From: Flavobacteriales bacterium | GTDB lineage: Bacteria; Bacteroidota; Bacteroidia; CAIKAF01 | Assembly: GCA_022402535.1 (NCBI GenBank) | Contig: JAKRSD010000023.1 | Span: forward strand, 30,741-94,740 | Direction of reading: 5' to 3' | Length of the DNA stretch: 64,000 bases | Shown: positions 1 through 9,655 of the stretch, in pieces | How the letters are laid out: each line of letters starts with the position of its first letter | Numbering within the stretch: position 1 is the first letter of the stretch | Made by a program: the position numbers and the translations under genes | Notes under the pieces: model-generated | What the model was told of the DNA's origin: nothing | The model's database searches: none | What the model saw: the letters and a program-made list of their open reading frames with translations, nothing else

Positions 1-103
1 CAATGTTTTTAGCCGTGTACCAGTTTTTGTTTACAAACAGATTCCCTTCGTTGCAACGCGGACATTTATCCTTTACGACACTATAAATAAAACCTCTTTG
101 CAT
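1..103 (-). CDS. N-terminal fragment of a protein running off the window (MQRGFIYSVVKDKCPRCNEGNLF...; CPxC zinc-ribbon-like motif)
   Basis: Reverse complement of 1..103 reads from an ATG (complement of 101..103) through a CPRC motif. The rest of the gene lies outside the window. Confidence 0.3.
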   Translation of the reverse strand, partial: MQRGFIYSVVKDKCPRCNEGNLFVNKNWYTAKNI

Positions 104-168
104 ATGGTGAATTTTGACACAAAATTATATGGGTTTGCGGTTGCAAAACGTAACAAATGTAACAGAAT

Positions 169-1245
169 TTATTTTTTAACTTTTGTGGAAGTTTTGCGGC
201 TTTTTTTGCCTGATATAAGCATCAGATTAACCATATGAAACAACATTCTGGCGCCCACGTTGGCATCCCATTCATCATCTCCCGGAGCTACTTCGTTCAG
301 GTCGAAACCGATGATTTCACGTCCGGAATCCACCACCGATTTCATCAGGTAAACCGCTTCATCAAATTCCAATCCGCCCGGCACGGGCGTGCCCGTATTC
401 GGACAATAACGGGGATCTAATCCGTCAATATCAAAACTGATATACACCTTCTGTCCCAATGTATTCACATATGATTTAATCATGTCGGCAAACGATTTTC
501 CTTCCGCTTTGCCGCGACCGATTTCGGCATAAAACAAGGTTTGCACACGCCCTTTGGAATTCTTGATCAGTTCGGCTTCGGCCTGACAGTAATCGCGGAT
601 TCCTACCTGAACCAGTTTTTCCACGCCCTTTAGTTTAAGTGCATTGAACATAATGGAAGCATGCGAATATTCAAATCCTTCAAACGCATCGCGCAAATCG
701 GCATGGGCATCAATCTGCAACACTGAAAAAGAGCCGTGACGGGCTTCCAAAGCCTGCATATAACCCAACGGGGTACTGTGATCGCCGCCCACTAAACCTA
801 CTTTTTTCCCTTCTTTCAGGCGTGAGGCGGTTTCGTTTTTTACCCATTCCACCATTTCGGTGCAGCCTTCGTTCACGGCACGAAGCAGCTTTTGCGACTC
901 GGCTCCCGTTTTTCCGTCAAATAACAAATCCAGATAGGCTTCCGTTTTTTTGCGCAGTTTTTCTGAAATTTTGCGCAGTTTTTTGGGGCTTTCGGCCATG
1001 TAGAAACCTTCTTTCCATCCGTCGGGATTTTCAGGATAATATAAATCCACCTGTTTTGAGGCTTCCAGAATGGCTTCTGGGCCTTCTGCCGTGCCAGCTC
1101 CGTACGAAACCGTTACCTCCCAGGGAACAGGAATCAACACCACTTCCGCTTCACTTTCGTCAAAAGGAAGTCCGAAAATATTCGATTCTGTGGCGGCGTA
1201 GGAGTTGGGATCAAACGCTTTTATTTTTTTCTCTTTTGAGGTCAT
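169..1245 (-). CDS. Arginase/agmatinase/formiminoglutamase-family ureohydrolase
   Basis: ORF 169..1353 contains GGDHS...DAHADL...DxDxLDP-type metal-binding motifs of the arginase fold. The start is trimmed to the internal ATG (MTSKEKK, complement of 1243..1245), since the upstream extension is non-conserved. Confidence 0.75.
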   Translation of the reverse strand: MTSKEKKIKAFDPNSYAATESNIFGLPFDESEAEVVLIPVPWEVTVSYGAGTAEGPEAILEASKQVDLYYPENPDGWKEGFYMAESPKKLRKISEKLRKKTEAYLDLLFDGKTGAESQKLLRAVNEGCTEMVEWVKNETASRLKEGKKVGLVGGDHSTPLGYMQALEARHGSFSVLQIDAHADLRDAFEGFEYSHASIMFNALKLKGVEKLVQVGIRDYCQAEAELIKNSKGRVQTLFYAEIGRGKAEGKSFADMIKSYVNTLGQKVYISFDIDGLDPRYCPNTGTPVPGGLEFDEAVYLMKSVVDSGREIIGFDLNEVAPGDDEWDANVGARMLFHMVNLMLISGKKSRKTSTKVKK

Positions 1246-1536
1246 TTTGCAAATAAATTTGGACGGCAAAGATACGCTTAGAACCAGCGGAAATCCATTC
1301 CACTTAAACCCATTTTTGCAATATCGCTTAAATCTTAAGCTGTTTTCTATCACACACTATTATAAACTGATTTATAATCTGTCATTTACGATGTAAGAAA
1401 AACTACCAAAATGCCTTCACTACGTTCACTATTTTGGTGTTTTTCTAAATCGGGGTTATCCCAACTAATGCAGGCAGTTCGGTGAGTGTTCACCTCCTAC
1501 TGCATATTTGGGTTAAATAAATCAGATATTTGCCCT

Positions 1537-3288
1537 ATGGGCCGCTTTGCATCGGGTTGGATAATTGTATTCCTTTTTGCGGGAATTTTCTGTGCTTCGG
1601 CTCAGGGGCCATACCGCCTACATATGCTGGCCGATTCGGCCGAAATAAAATCCTTGACATCTAAAGAACAGTTCAGCTACGATAATCGGTTTACCGGCAT
1701 ACAGGCCCGGCATAAAGAAATTCAGCGGGTCTTGCTGATTATGTATGATATGGGGTATCTGGCCGCCACGGCCGATTCCATGGGCGGCGATTCGTTATCG
1801 CTTACAGTGCATATAAACCGGGGAATAAAATATACCAAAACCCGCATAAGGCCCGGCAATGTCGATTTGAATATGCTCTCCAATTCAAACCTGAAAGATA
1901 AACTGCTGTACAACGAACCGTTCAGTCCGCGAAAAATTACGGCATTACTCAAAAAAATTCTAAGCCGTTACGAAAACAACGGGTATCCGTTTGCTTCCGT
2001 AAGCACCGACAGCGTTGAAATTTCGGGAGAAAATATTTCCTTCAGCATCAAGGTGGATAAAGGACCGAAAGTGGTAATTGACAGCCTGATAATATCTGGA
2101 AATGCCCTGCTCAAAAAATCATTTCTTCACGGTTATCTGGGTGTGAAACCCGGACAACTTTATAACGAAAAACAATTGAGCCAACTGAATACCAAACTGC
2201 GCCAACTTCCCTATATTCAAGTAACACAGCCGCAACGGGTAATTTTTACGGAACCCGGAAAAGCCAATGTGTTCATTTACGCCAAAAAGGTAAATGCATC
2301 CCGTTTTTCGGGGTTAATCGGGTTTATGCCGGGCAGTGCCGACGGACGCTTGCTGATTACCGGCGAAGCCGATCTTTCGTTGAAAAATGCCTTGGGATAT
2401 GGGGAACAGCTCACCCTGCGCTGGCGGCGGATACGAGCAGGAACCCAAAGTCTTAACGCACAGGCCACTTACCCTTATCTCTTCGGAACGCCCTTGGCCA
2501 TCAACGGATTTTTTAATTTTTTCAGGCGCGACAGCACCTTCCAGAACATTGATTTCGGGGTGGGCGTCCGATATATGTTTGTGGGCACCAGTTATCTGGA
2601 ATTGTTTTACAAACGGCAGATTTCGCAGGTAATCAATGTGGCAAATGTGCCCCAGCAGGCGCTTACCCGTTCCATAGATTACACAGCCAACAACATCGGG
2701 TTAACCCTGAATCTGGAAAAATACGATTACCGGTTAAATCCCACCTCGGGTTACCTGCTGAACACCACTTTGTGGGGAGGAAACAAAACCATGCGGACAC
2801 GAAAAGATGTGCCTCCCGAAGTGTATGAAAATGTTCGGTTAAATACCTATCAGATAGGCGGTGAATTAAAAGCGGATGTGTTTATCCGGCTTCATAAACG
2901 CATCACGCTAAAACCGGGCATTTTACTGGCCCATTCCGAAAATCCGTATCGTTTTTACAATGAACTGCTGCGTATGGGCGGAATCAATAACCTGCGCGGT
3001 TTTGATGAAGAAGGTCTTTATCTTTCCTCCTACGCATTCGGAAATGTGGAGCTGCGTTATCTGATTGAACAAAACTCAAACGTGTATCTGTTTTTCAACG
3101 GAGGATGGGGCGAACGAAGAACCACCGAAAATTACCTGCGGGATACCCCTTATGGATTTGGGGCAGGCATGAACTTTTTTACCAAAGCCGGCATCATTAA
3201 TTTTGCTTATGGATTGGGCAGTCAGCAGGGGCAGGCCATCCGCTTCCGCGATGGAAAAATTCACCTTGGATTTACCGGCGTTTTTTAA
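1537..3288 (+). CDS. Omp85-family (BamA/TamA-like, surface antigen D15) outer-membrane protein
   Basis: Signal peptide (MGRFASGWIIVFLFAGIFCASAQ) followed by POTRA-like repeats and a C-terminal beta-barrel ending in an aromatic residue (...LGFTGVF). Start taken at the ATG at 1537. Confidence 0.6.
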   Translation: MGRFASGWIIVFLFAGIFCASAQGPYRLHMLADSAEIKSLTSKEQFSYDNRFTGIQARHKEIQRVLLIMYDMGYLAATADSMGGDSLSLTVHINRGIKYTKTRIRPGNVDLNMLSNSNLKDKLLYNEPFSPRKITALLKKILSRYENNGYPFASVSTDSVEISGENISFSIKVDKGPKVVIDSLIISGNALLKKSFLHGYLGVKPGQLYNEKQLSQLNTKLRQLPYIQVTQPQRVIFTEPGKANVFIYAKKVNASRFSGLIGFMPGSADGRLLITGEADLSLKNALGYGEQLTLRWRRIRAGTQSLNAQATYPYLFGTPLAINGFFNFFRRDSTFQNIDFGVGVRYMFVGTSYLELFYKRQISQVINVANVPQQALTRSIDYTANNIGLTLNLEKYDYRLNPTSGYLLNTTLWGGNKTMRTRKDVPPEVYENVRLNTYQIGGELKADVFIRLHKRITLKPGILLAHSENPYRFYNELLRMGGINNLRGFDEEGLYLSSYAFGNVELRYLIEQNSNVYLFFNGGWGERRTTENYLRDTPYGFGAGMNFFTKAGIINFAYGLGSQQGQAIRFRDGKIHLGFTGVF

Positions 3289-4741
3289 GGATATAAAACG
3301 AATCCGCCTGTTCCCAGATTTCCCAATTTTCGGTATCATTCAGATATAAATCAATGAGGTTTTCAAACGCTTCCTGCGTGAGCGGATAAGTTACTTCACG
3401 TTTTGAAAACACGATAAATTCGGCATCCTTCACCATGGGAAACTGATAAATATTATTCCGCAAAGCCAGATGCGGCAGAAAAGGCGACTGCGCCGAAACC
3501 ACGGCATCGGCGGGTATTTTGCCCAACAGATGATGCACGGGAGCCACTTCGTATTTGCGGGTATAATGCCCTTTGTAGTAAAAACGGATTCTAGATTTAT
3601 CCGTAAACATTTCTGTACTGTCCATGCTTCGGAAGGTAACGGCCAGTGAAAGCAAAGGCAATATAACACAGGCGATTTTTTGCCATTTTTCAGAAGGGAA
3701 AGCCTGTACCACCGAAAATAATCCAATTGCCATCACGGGGGCAAACTCCGCCCCATAATGAAATCCCACGCCCCACATGGAAGGATCATTGTGCAGCATC
3801 TTTTGAAAATACAACGGAATCAGCATAAAAAAATAGGCCGGTCTCCATAACAGAAGCGGCAATCCGGTACACAAGACAAGCAGATGAAATTCGATTTTAT
3901 AGAAGTTGGCCAATTCTAACCCGGAATGATTGACAAAGAGTAGTTTAAGCGTTTCGAATGGATGTGTGATTGCATAGGTAAGTGCTTCCAACGGAGTATT
4001 TCCGACAACCGAATACAGAAAACCGCTATACGCTCCCGAATCCGAAAATGAAGGAATAACCCAAAAAATAAGGGCCGCAAAATACAACACCGCAACAGCC
4101 GAAGCCACCAATAAGCGGTTTCGCCAAACCGTGTTTTTTCGCTCTTCAAAAGCTAATCCTAACAAAATAAAAACCAGCCAAAGGCTTACATTTTCTTTGC
4201 ATAACAGCATGAATATAAACGCGGAAGTAAACCAAAGAGGCTTGTTCTTTCTAACGCCCAACACCAAAAACGGAAACACGGATGCGGCAATCACATTGGT
4301 ATGGAAATCAAAGGCTAAGGAGGCAAACAGGGTAAAATACCCCAAAAAGAAAATCAGAGCACCCAGGGCAATTCCTCTGCCCGATTTTTCAAACAAGGCG
4401 TACACCCCATAACCGCCCAAAAGCAAAAACACTACCTGAATGATCAACAGCGTGTATGTGCCGAACACCCATGAAAACGGGGCAAACAAGAACAACACGG
4501 GTTCAAAATGACCGCCGAGCATATTGGTTCCGTTTTCGAAAATAGTGGTGGAATCATTCCAACGCAATAGGCGGTAATCATAAAGCGCATTGGTATAAAA
4601 ACCCAAATCGAGCGTGTAGGTCCTAAAAAAATAGTGATTGACGAATGAAATGAGGGCGTATATAACCGCAAAAAACAGCATCAACGCAAAAGCAGAAAAT
4701 GCCAAAGAAGGAAATGTATATTTTTCAAGGTGTGTTTTCAA
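3272..4741 (-). CDS. Polytopic integral membrane protein, DUF2079-like
   Basis: 489-aa ORF with many hydrophobic helices. The N-terminal RxYTLDLGFY region is reminiscent of the DUF2079 family. The annotated start is a TTG; an ATG 60 nt downstream is an alternative. Confidence 0.5.
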   Translation of the reverse strand: MKTHLEKYTFPSLAFSAFALMLFFAVIYALISFVNHYFFRTYTLDLGFYTNALYDYRLLRWNDSTTIFENGTNMLGGHFEPVLFLFAPFSWVFGTYTLLIIQVVFLLLGGYGVYALFEKSGRGIALGALIFFLGYFTLFASLAFDFHTNVIAASVFPFLVLGVRKNKPLWFTSAFIFMLLCKENVSLWLVFILLGLAFEERKNTVWRNRLLVASAVAVLYFAALIFWVIPSFSDSGAYSGFLYSVVGNTPLEALTYAITHPFETLKLLFVNHSGLELANFYKIEFHLLVLCTGLPLLLWRPAYFFMLIPLYFQKMLHNDPSMWGVGFHYGAEFAPVMAIGLFSVVQAFPSEKWQKIACVILPLLSLAVTFRSMDSTEMFTDKSRIRFYYKGHYTRKYEVAPVHHLLGKIPADAVVSAQSPFLPHLALRNNIYQFPMVKDAEFIVFSKREVTYPLTQEAFENLIDLYLNDTENWEIWEQADSFYILKKRR

Positions 4742-4763
4742 CAGTCCAAAAGTAATGGAAATC

Positions 4764-7700
4764 CTATCGGGGCCACCATTCCAATTTTTCGCGAATCCGG
4801 CGCGGATTCAATTCCTGCATATTCAGGCGGAAACGAATCTGGTTATACCATTTGATATCCGCAAAAGCCAGATAATCCCGTATGTCTTTAGAATGATACA
4901 GCGGAACAAAAATTTCCAACACATCATTTATCACCGACATCATCACTCCCCCGCTATAGCTGAAGTTTACCGATTTTACCTGATTGCCTGTTCCGGCATC
5001 GGTAACCACCTGCCTGAAAACGGCCAAATCGATATACGGCTTAATCGGAATAGGTCCGGGAACTGATGCCTTCAGATTTAAGGCAATCATCCAACGGTCG
5101 GTTTGACCCAAAGGGGTCAACACTTTAAAGCCACCGTCATATTCATAAAACTGGCGCGAAGAAAGCCCTCGGGTTTCAGCCCTTCCCAGATAATAATTAT
5201 CAAACTTATAATCCCAGAATCCGGGATGACCTGAAAGCCGGTATCTGTAATCAAGTACCGTATTGGCTTTCCCCACAAAAGTTCCGGCAAATACACGGAT
5301 ATCCAATCCTTTATTGGCCGAGAGATACGTGATTTTTTGACGGAATTCCACCGAAAGTTTTATGGCACTTCCGGCGCTTACCCCAGGTTTTGAAAACTTG
5401 TCCAATTCCACAATGTATTCGGCCCAAGCCAATAGCTGATAAGGATGCAGTAATCGGGTATCGCGCATGGAAAAACCGATTTCATTTACGTTGAACGCCA
5501 GATTTTTTCGACCGTACGCAGCACGTAACACATCGGTGGCTTCCAGATAATTGAAAATACTGCGGGCATAGAGCTGGGTTTTTCGTTCGCTGAGCGGACT
5601 CGGCGGTCTGAAATTCACCATGATTTTGGGCATTATCCGGTTCCAGTTCCGGGCCTGGGTGTCGAAAAAATAATCGAACCGGGTATACGCCAGTTTGTAC
5701 CAGACACTTTCCACCCTTTTGGAACGCGGTGTAGAAAAAGCCCCACTGATAATTCCCACCCCGGCAAAACCGATGGGATTGAGTGAAACCATGGGCGCAA
5801 ACAGGTATTCAAATTTCTTACGGATAGGCGTTTTGTTATGAATGGCAATGCCTGCCATGCTTTTGTTATAGTTATTCCAAAGGGTTACGGGCAGATAAAA
5901 CACCTGATTCCGGTTGGGCAGATTGGGCGGTCCCATGATAAAATTAAAACGGGTTTTCTCCATACGGGGCAATACGGCTCCCGTCCTGTAAAGGTTATTT
6001 TTGCGGTTCACTTCCGGAATTACCCGATTCCGGTCAATCTGCACGGACATACCTTCCATTGAAGGCAGAAAAAGCACTTTTTCGCCGCTGAACCCTTCCA
6101 TCCAAACCGTGGCCCCTCCAATGCGTTCATCCTGAAATGTGGTAAGCGTAAACGGTCCGGAAACATTCCCTTTGTTTTGAATTAAAACTCCCGTTTCTTT
6201 TTTACCGGTTTGCGGATTCACGAAGGTGCCCACTTTTTTCACCACATAATCCAAATATCCTTTTTCGGGTAGCAGTTCATCAAAAAACCAGCTTAAATCT
6301 TTCTTGGACTGTTGTTCCATCCAAAACCGGAAATAAACAGGCGTGGAAAAATTCATAGTATTCTGTGCGTAATATCCGCTCATCAACGAATCGAAAAGGG
6401 CTGTGCCTAGGTATTGCTCCAGATAATTAAAATGCATGGCATTTTGCCCCCTTACGGCAATTCCGTAATTCCCATCGGGATATTCATCGGCAGCGAGACC
6501 CGAAGGTTGGTCATTGCCTCTGCGCACTTTGTATTGATAAGGAATATGATCCAAATCATCGCGGCGCAAAAAACGAAGTCCCATCACCGGCAATACCCGA
6601 ATGGGCAATCCGTTATAATCGGGTTTCTTTTCGCGCAGGTACTTGCGATAATAGTATGCACTGAGTCCTTCATTCAACCAGGGATTCTGTTTACCGTCGG
6701 AGCCTACTACACCACTAAACCAGGAGTTCGCCACCATACGCATGGTAATATCTTCTAACGAAAGGCGGGAACGTTTATACCCGATAACAGAAACCATGGG
6801 ATAGCTGCGATCTACCCCGGCATACTTCATCCCGTCGGTAATGGTGTATTGACTATACGGATACTCCCCTATTTTTTCGCTGTAATAGGTTATGGCATTT
6901 TTCAGGTATTCGATTTCGCGGGTCCAAAGCTTTTGAAATTTGGGACGGTAAAAAGCATACACATTCACTTTTTTGCCGGATGGAAGCGTGAATTCTTCTC
7001 CATCAACCCAAAAATCTTTGGATGCAAAAAAGGCAAAATCATTCACGTTGGAAGCTTCGTATTCCAAGGTTTTCAACCCTTTCTTTAGTTCGTTAACCGG
7101 CGCAGGACCATTTGCACGGAAAGCGGCCGTCTGTTTTCTTTTTTCATCCAAAAAGGCTAATTCTTCGGGCGTTTTCAGTTCGCCGGTAGAAGCTACCAGA
7201 TAAGAAGCCGGAAGGGTGAGCCTGACTTTAAAATCTGAAAAAGGAGAAAAGATATTTCCCTGATCGGTAAAGGGCACCGGGTATTGTCCGGTAGTTTCTA
7301 CCCACACGGGCTTAGGAAACCAATGGGTGATGTAGTATTCATGCTGCCTGTGTCCGAATGTGGAAACTCCCGCATCTGGAATTTTCACCCTGAAACTGAT
7401 GTTGAATGTGCAGGAAGTTCCAGGTATTATCGGTTTATCCGGAATCACATAAAGGATGTCGGGGTGGGTGTTGTGGTATCCCCAAACCAAGGGCGTCCCA
7501 TTCGATTGAAAATGCAGAGAATCGGTATACCCGCCATATTTTGCGGGTCGCAATTTGAGTTTTTCGTTGCGTTTGTCGGTTAGCTGATTCGCGAGCGCCG
7601 TGTTATTGGCCGAATACGCATTGGCCCATACATGAAACCATACCGTATCCATCGTGTTTCGGGAGGTATTGACAAAATACACCTCTTCGCGGCCATGAAG

Positions 7701-7847
7701 CGAATGGGTTTGGTCGTTGAGCGAAACCTGAATATCAAAACGCATGTTCTGTGCCTGAGTTTTCTTATTGAAAACCAGCACGGATAAAGCACATAAAAAA
7801 GCCGCAGAAATAAATCCGCGGCTGAAATGAGAATATGTTTTAGCCAT
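4764..7847 (-). CDS. Large secreted protein with M1-aminopeptidase-like core lacking the HEXXH zinc motif
   Basis: 1027-aa ORF with an N-terminal signal peptide. The segment TMRMVANSWFSG...NPWLNEGLSAYY has the spacing of the M1 gluzincin HEXXH-(18)-E motif (HELAHQWFG...WLNEGFA), but His/Glu/His are replaced by R/M/N. Confidence 0.6.
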   Translation of the reverse strand: MAKTYSHFSRGFISAAFLCALSVLVFNKKTQAQNMRFDIQVSLNDQTHSLHGREEVYFVNTSRNTMDTVWFHVWANAYSANNTALANQLTDKRNEKLKLRPAKYGGYTDSLHFQSNGTPLVWGYHNTHPDILYVIPDKPIIPGTSCTFNISFRVKIPDAGVSTFGHRQHEYYITHWFPKPVWVETTGQYPVPFTDQGNIFSPFSDFKVRLTLPASYLVASTGELKTPEELAFLDEKRKQTAAFRANGPAPVNELKKGLKTLEYEASNVNDFAFFASKDFWVDGEEFTLPSGKKVNVYAFYRPKFQKLWTREIEYLKNAITYYSEKIGEYPYSQYTITDGMKYAGVDRSYPMVSVIGYKRSRLSLEDITMRMVANSWFSGVVGSDGKQNPWLNEGLSAYYYRKYLREKKPDYNGLPIRVLPVMGLRFLRRDDLDHIPYQYKVRRGNDQPSGLAADEYPDGNYGIAVRGQNAMHFNYLEQYLGTALFDSLMSGYYAQNTMNFSTPVYFRFWMEQQSKKDLSWFFDELLPEKGYLDYVVKKVGTFVNPQTGKKETGVLIQNKGNVSGPFTLTTFQDERIGGATVWMEGFSGEKVLFLPSMEGMSVQIDRNRVIPEVNRKNNLYRTGAVLPRMEKTRFNFIMGPPNLPNRNQVFYLPVTLWNNYNKSMAGIAIHNKTPIRKKFEYLFAPMVSLNPIGFAGVGIISGAFSTPRSKRVESVWYKLAYTRFDYFFDTQARNWNRIMPKIMVNFRPPSPLSERKTQLYARSIFNYLEATDVLRAAYGRKNLAFNVNEIGFSMRDTRLLHPYQLLAWAEYIVELDKFSKPGVSAGSAIKLSVEFRQKITYLSANKGLDIRVFAGTFVGKANTVLDYRYRLSGHPGFWDYKFDNYYLGRAETRGLSSRQFYEYDGGFKVLTPLGQTDRWMIALNLKASVPGPIPIKPYIDLAVFRQVVTDAGTGNQVKSVNFSYSGGVMMSVINDVLEIFVPLYHSKDIRDYLAFADIKWYNQIRFRLNMQELNPRRIREKLEWWPR

Positions 7848-7864
7848 GTTTCAATAACAAACAT

Positions 7865-8995
7865 TTACGGCATTAGTTCAGCCAATTTTTGTTCCAGCAT
7901 CGGACCACGTAAATCCGAAGCAATGATTTTACCTTCTTTATCCAACAAAAACGATTTAGGAATAGATGTTACATTGTATAATTTGGCCGCTGCCGAATTC
8001 CAAAACTGCAAATCGCTCACATGAATCCAAGTCAGGTTATCGGCGGCAATGGCATCAGTCCAGGCTTTTTTCTCTTTGTCGAGCGAAACAGCATAAATTT
8101 CAAGGCCTTTACTTTTATATTTTGCATAGGCATTCACGATATTCGGGTTTTCCATGCGGCACGGACGGCACCATGAGGCCCAGAAATCGATAAGCACATA
8201 TTTTCCGCGTAGCGAAGACAGCTTAATATTTTTTCCGTTGGGATCGGGAAGGTCAATTTCCGGGGCTTCCGCACCCGAACCGGTACTGGCTTTGGAGGTA
8301 ATCATGGCGTGAAAATTCCGCACAAAGCCATTGTTCGGATGGGCTTTAATTAAACTTTCAGCTACTTTCTTGTGATAATCCATGTACTGGGCCGGATCTA
8401 ACTGACCCACCGTTTCCAGAGCCACCAGAGAATTCAGATTTTCATCTACCACTTTTTTCATGTATTCAATCTGCTGCTGTTGGCGTTTGTTGGCAATTTC
8501 CTGAAACTCGATGGCTTTGAGTGCCTTGGTTGCCGGATCGGTGATTTTTTGGAATTCGGTATTCAATGAATCATTAAATGCCTGATTGCTCATGATGCGG
8601 CGGGTAACCAGATTCAGCGTCTGTGACTCCGGACTTCCTTCCACTTCATAATCCTCGCCTATTTGCGCTCCTTTGGACGTAAAGTTGATTTTTTCGTTGG
8701 GTCCGGTGATGAAATACACCTGTGCACCGGGTGTAGGTTGAGGATTCCCACCTTTAACCCGAAGGCGGTAATAGTTATAATCCGTAGGTTTTTTAACGAT
8801 ATAAAACGTTCCGTTTTTTTCGATGCGGGCGCTATCCAAAAATTCGGTGTTGCCCACTACCACTTTTTCTACGATTACGGTTTTTCCTGCGCCTGCCGCA
8901 TATGAACCTTTGATGAAATACTCTTTAGGGGCAGAGGGCCCGCAAGCCGTAAATACTGAGTAAAATAATATTGAAAGTAAGGATATCATTCGCAT
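7865..8995 (-). CDS. TlpA-like thiol:disulfide oxidoreductase lipoprotein (thioredoxin fold, WxxWCxPC)
   Basis: Lipoprotein signal (MRMISLLSILFYSVFTACG). C-terminal thioredoxin-like domain with the DFWASWCRPCR active-site motif. N-terminal DUF4369-like domain. Confidence 0.8.
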   Translation of the reverse strand: MRMISLLSILFYSVFTACGPSAPKEYFIKGSYAAGAGKTVIVEKVVVGNTEFLDSARIEKNGTFYIVKKPTDYNYYRLRVKGGNPQPTPGAQVYFITGPNEKINFTSKGAQIGEDYEVEGSPESQTLNLVTRRIMSNQAFNDSLNTEFQKITDPATKALKAIEFQEIANKRQQQQIEYMKKVVDENLNSLVALETVGQLDPAQYMDYHKKVAESLIKAHPNNGFVRNFHAMITSKASTGSGAEAPEIDLPDPNGKNIKLSSLRGKYVLIDFWASWCRPCRMENPNIVNAYAKYKSKGLEIYAVSLDKEKKAWTDAIAADNLTWIHVSDLQFWNSAAAKLYNVTSIPKSFLLDKEGKIIASDLRGPMLEQKLAELMP

Positions 8996-9046
8996 TCTGA
9001 TAAAAATTTCAGGCCGAAAATACGGTAAAATTTTTAATGCAAGACC

Positions 9047-9640
9047 TTATTCTTCTTCATCGCTGCGGCGGAGTTTATCCGCCTTGGGAAATTTTTCGTG
9101 AGAGAGAATCCGTTTAGCCTGTTTGAAATGGCGTTCCTGATGAAGTGCCATGATTTCGAGCACATCTTTGAGTTTGTAGGTGATATATGGCGAAAAAGGG
9201 GAACGGACATAGTACTTGTCATTATTTACCGAATCCAGCTTTTTTAAGTATTCCAGCACCGATACTTCGTGTTCATTGAATTCATCAAGCAGTTCTTCAT
9301 TCAGTGCGGAAGCAGATGGAATAAAAATCTGTGGCGCTTCCACTTTTTTGAGCGATTCGGGTTTTACCAAACCGATAACCAAGCGACCCCAAAAACGGGC
9401 TTTCCCGGGAATCAGACTCCAAAAGGGTCTTCTATATTTTCCCGACAGGATTTTTTCTATCTGCGAAAAATAAGAACGGTCCGCAATCATGATGTGTTCC
9501 AGACATTGGCCGATGCTCCATGTGCTTTCATCGGGTTTCCAATTCAGCTGAAAACGGGTAAGATTGTTCAATTCATCATGAACATCCTGTTTTACCAAAT
9601 CAATGCGATATATAAGTTCTTCAAGATGTTTGTTGTGCAT
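9047..9640 (-). CDS. DinB/YfiT-like metal-dependent protein (DinB_2 family)
   Basis: 197-aa ORF with conserved His residues (EHIM...HQERH) typical of DinB-family four-helix-bundle proteins. Confidence 0.5.
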   Translation of the reverse strand: MHNKHLEELIYRIDLVKQDVHDELNNLTRFQLNWKPDESTWSIGQCLEHIMIADRSYFSQIEKILSGKYRRPFWSLIPGKARFWGRLVIGLVKPESLKKVEAPQIFIPSASALNEELLDEFNEHEVSVLEYLKKLDSVNNDKYYVRSPFSPYITYKLKDVLEIMALHQERHFKQAKRILSHEKFPKADKLRRSDEEE

Positions 9641-9655
9641 GGTTTTACAATTTTA

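Noticed and set aside
822-1256. Plus-strand ORFs antisense to the arginase-family gene, and similar antisense ORFs inside gatB, fadB and the M1-like gene (for example 10294..10782, 30515..31021, 6414..6758)
   Set aside because: They lie entirely inside well-supported genes on the opposite strand with unusual amino-acid composition. They are typical shadow ORFs.
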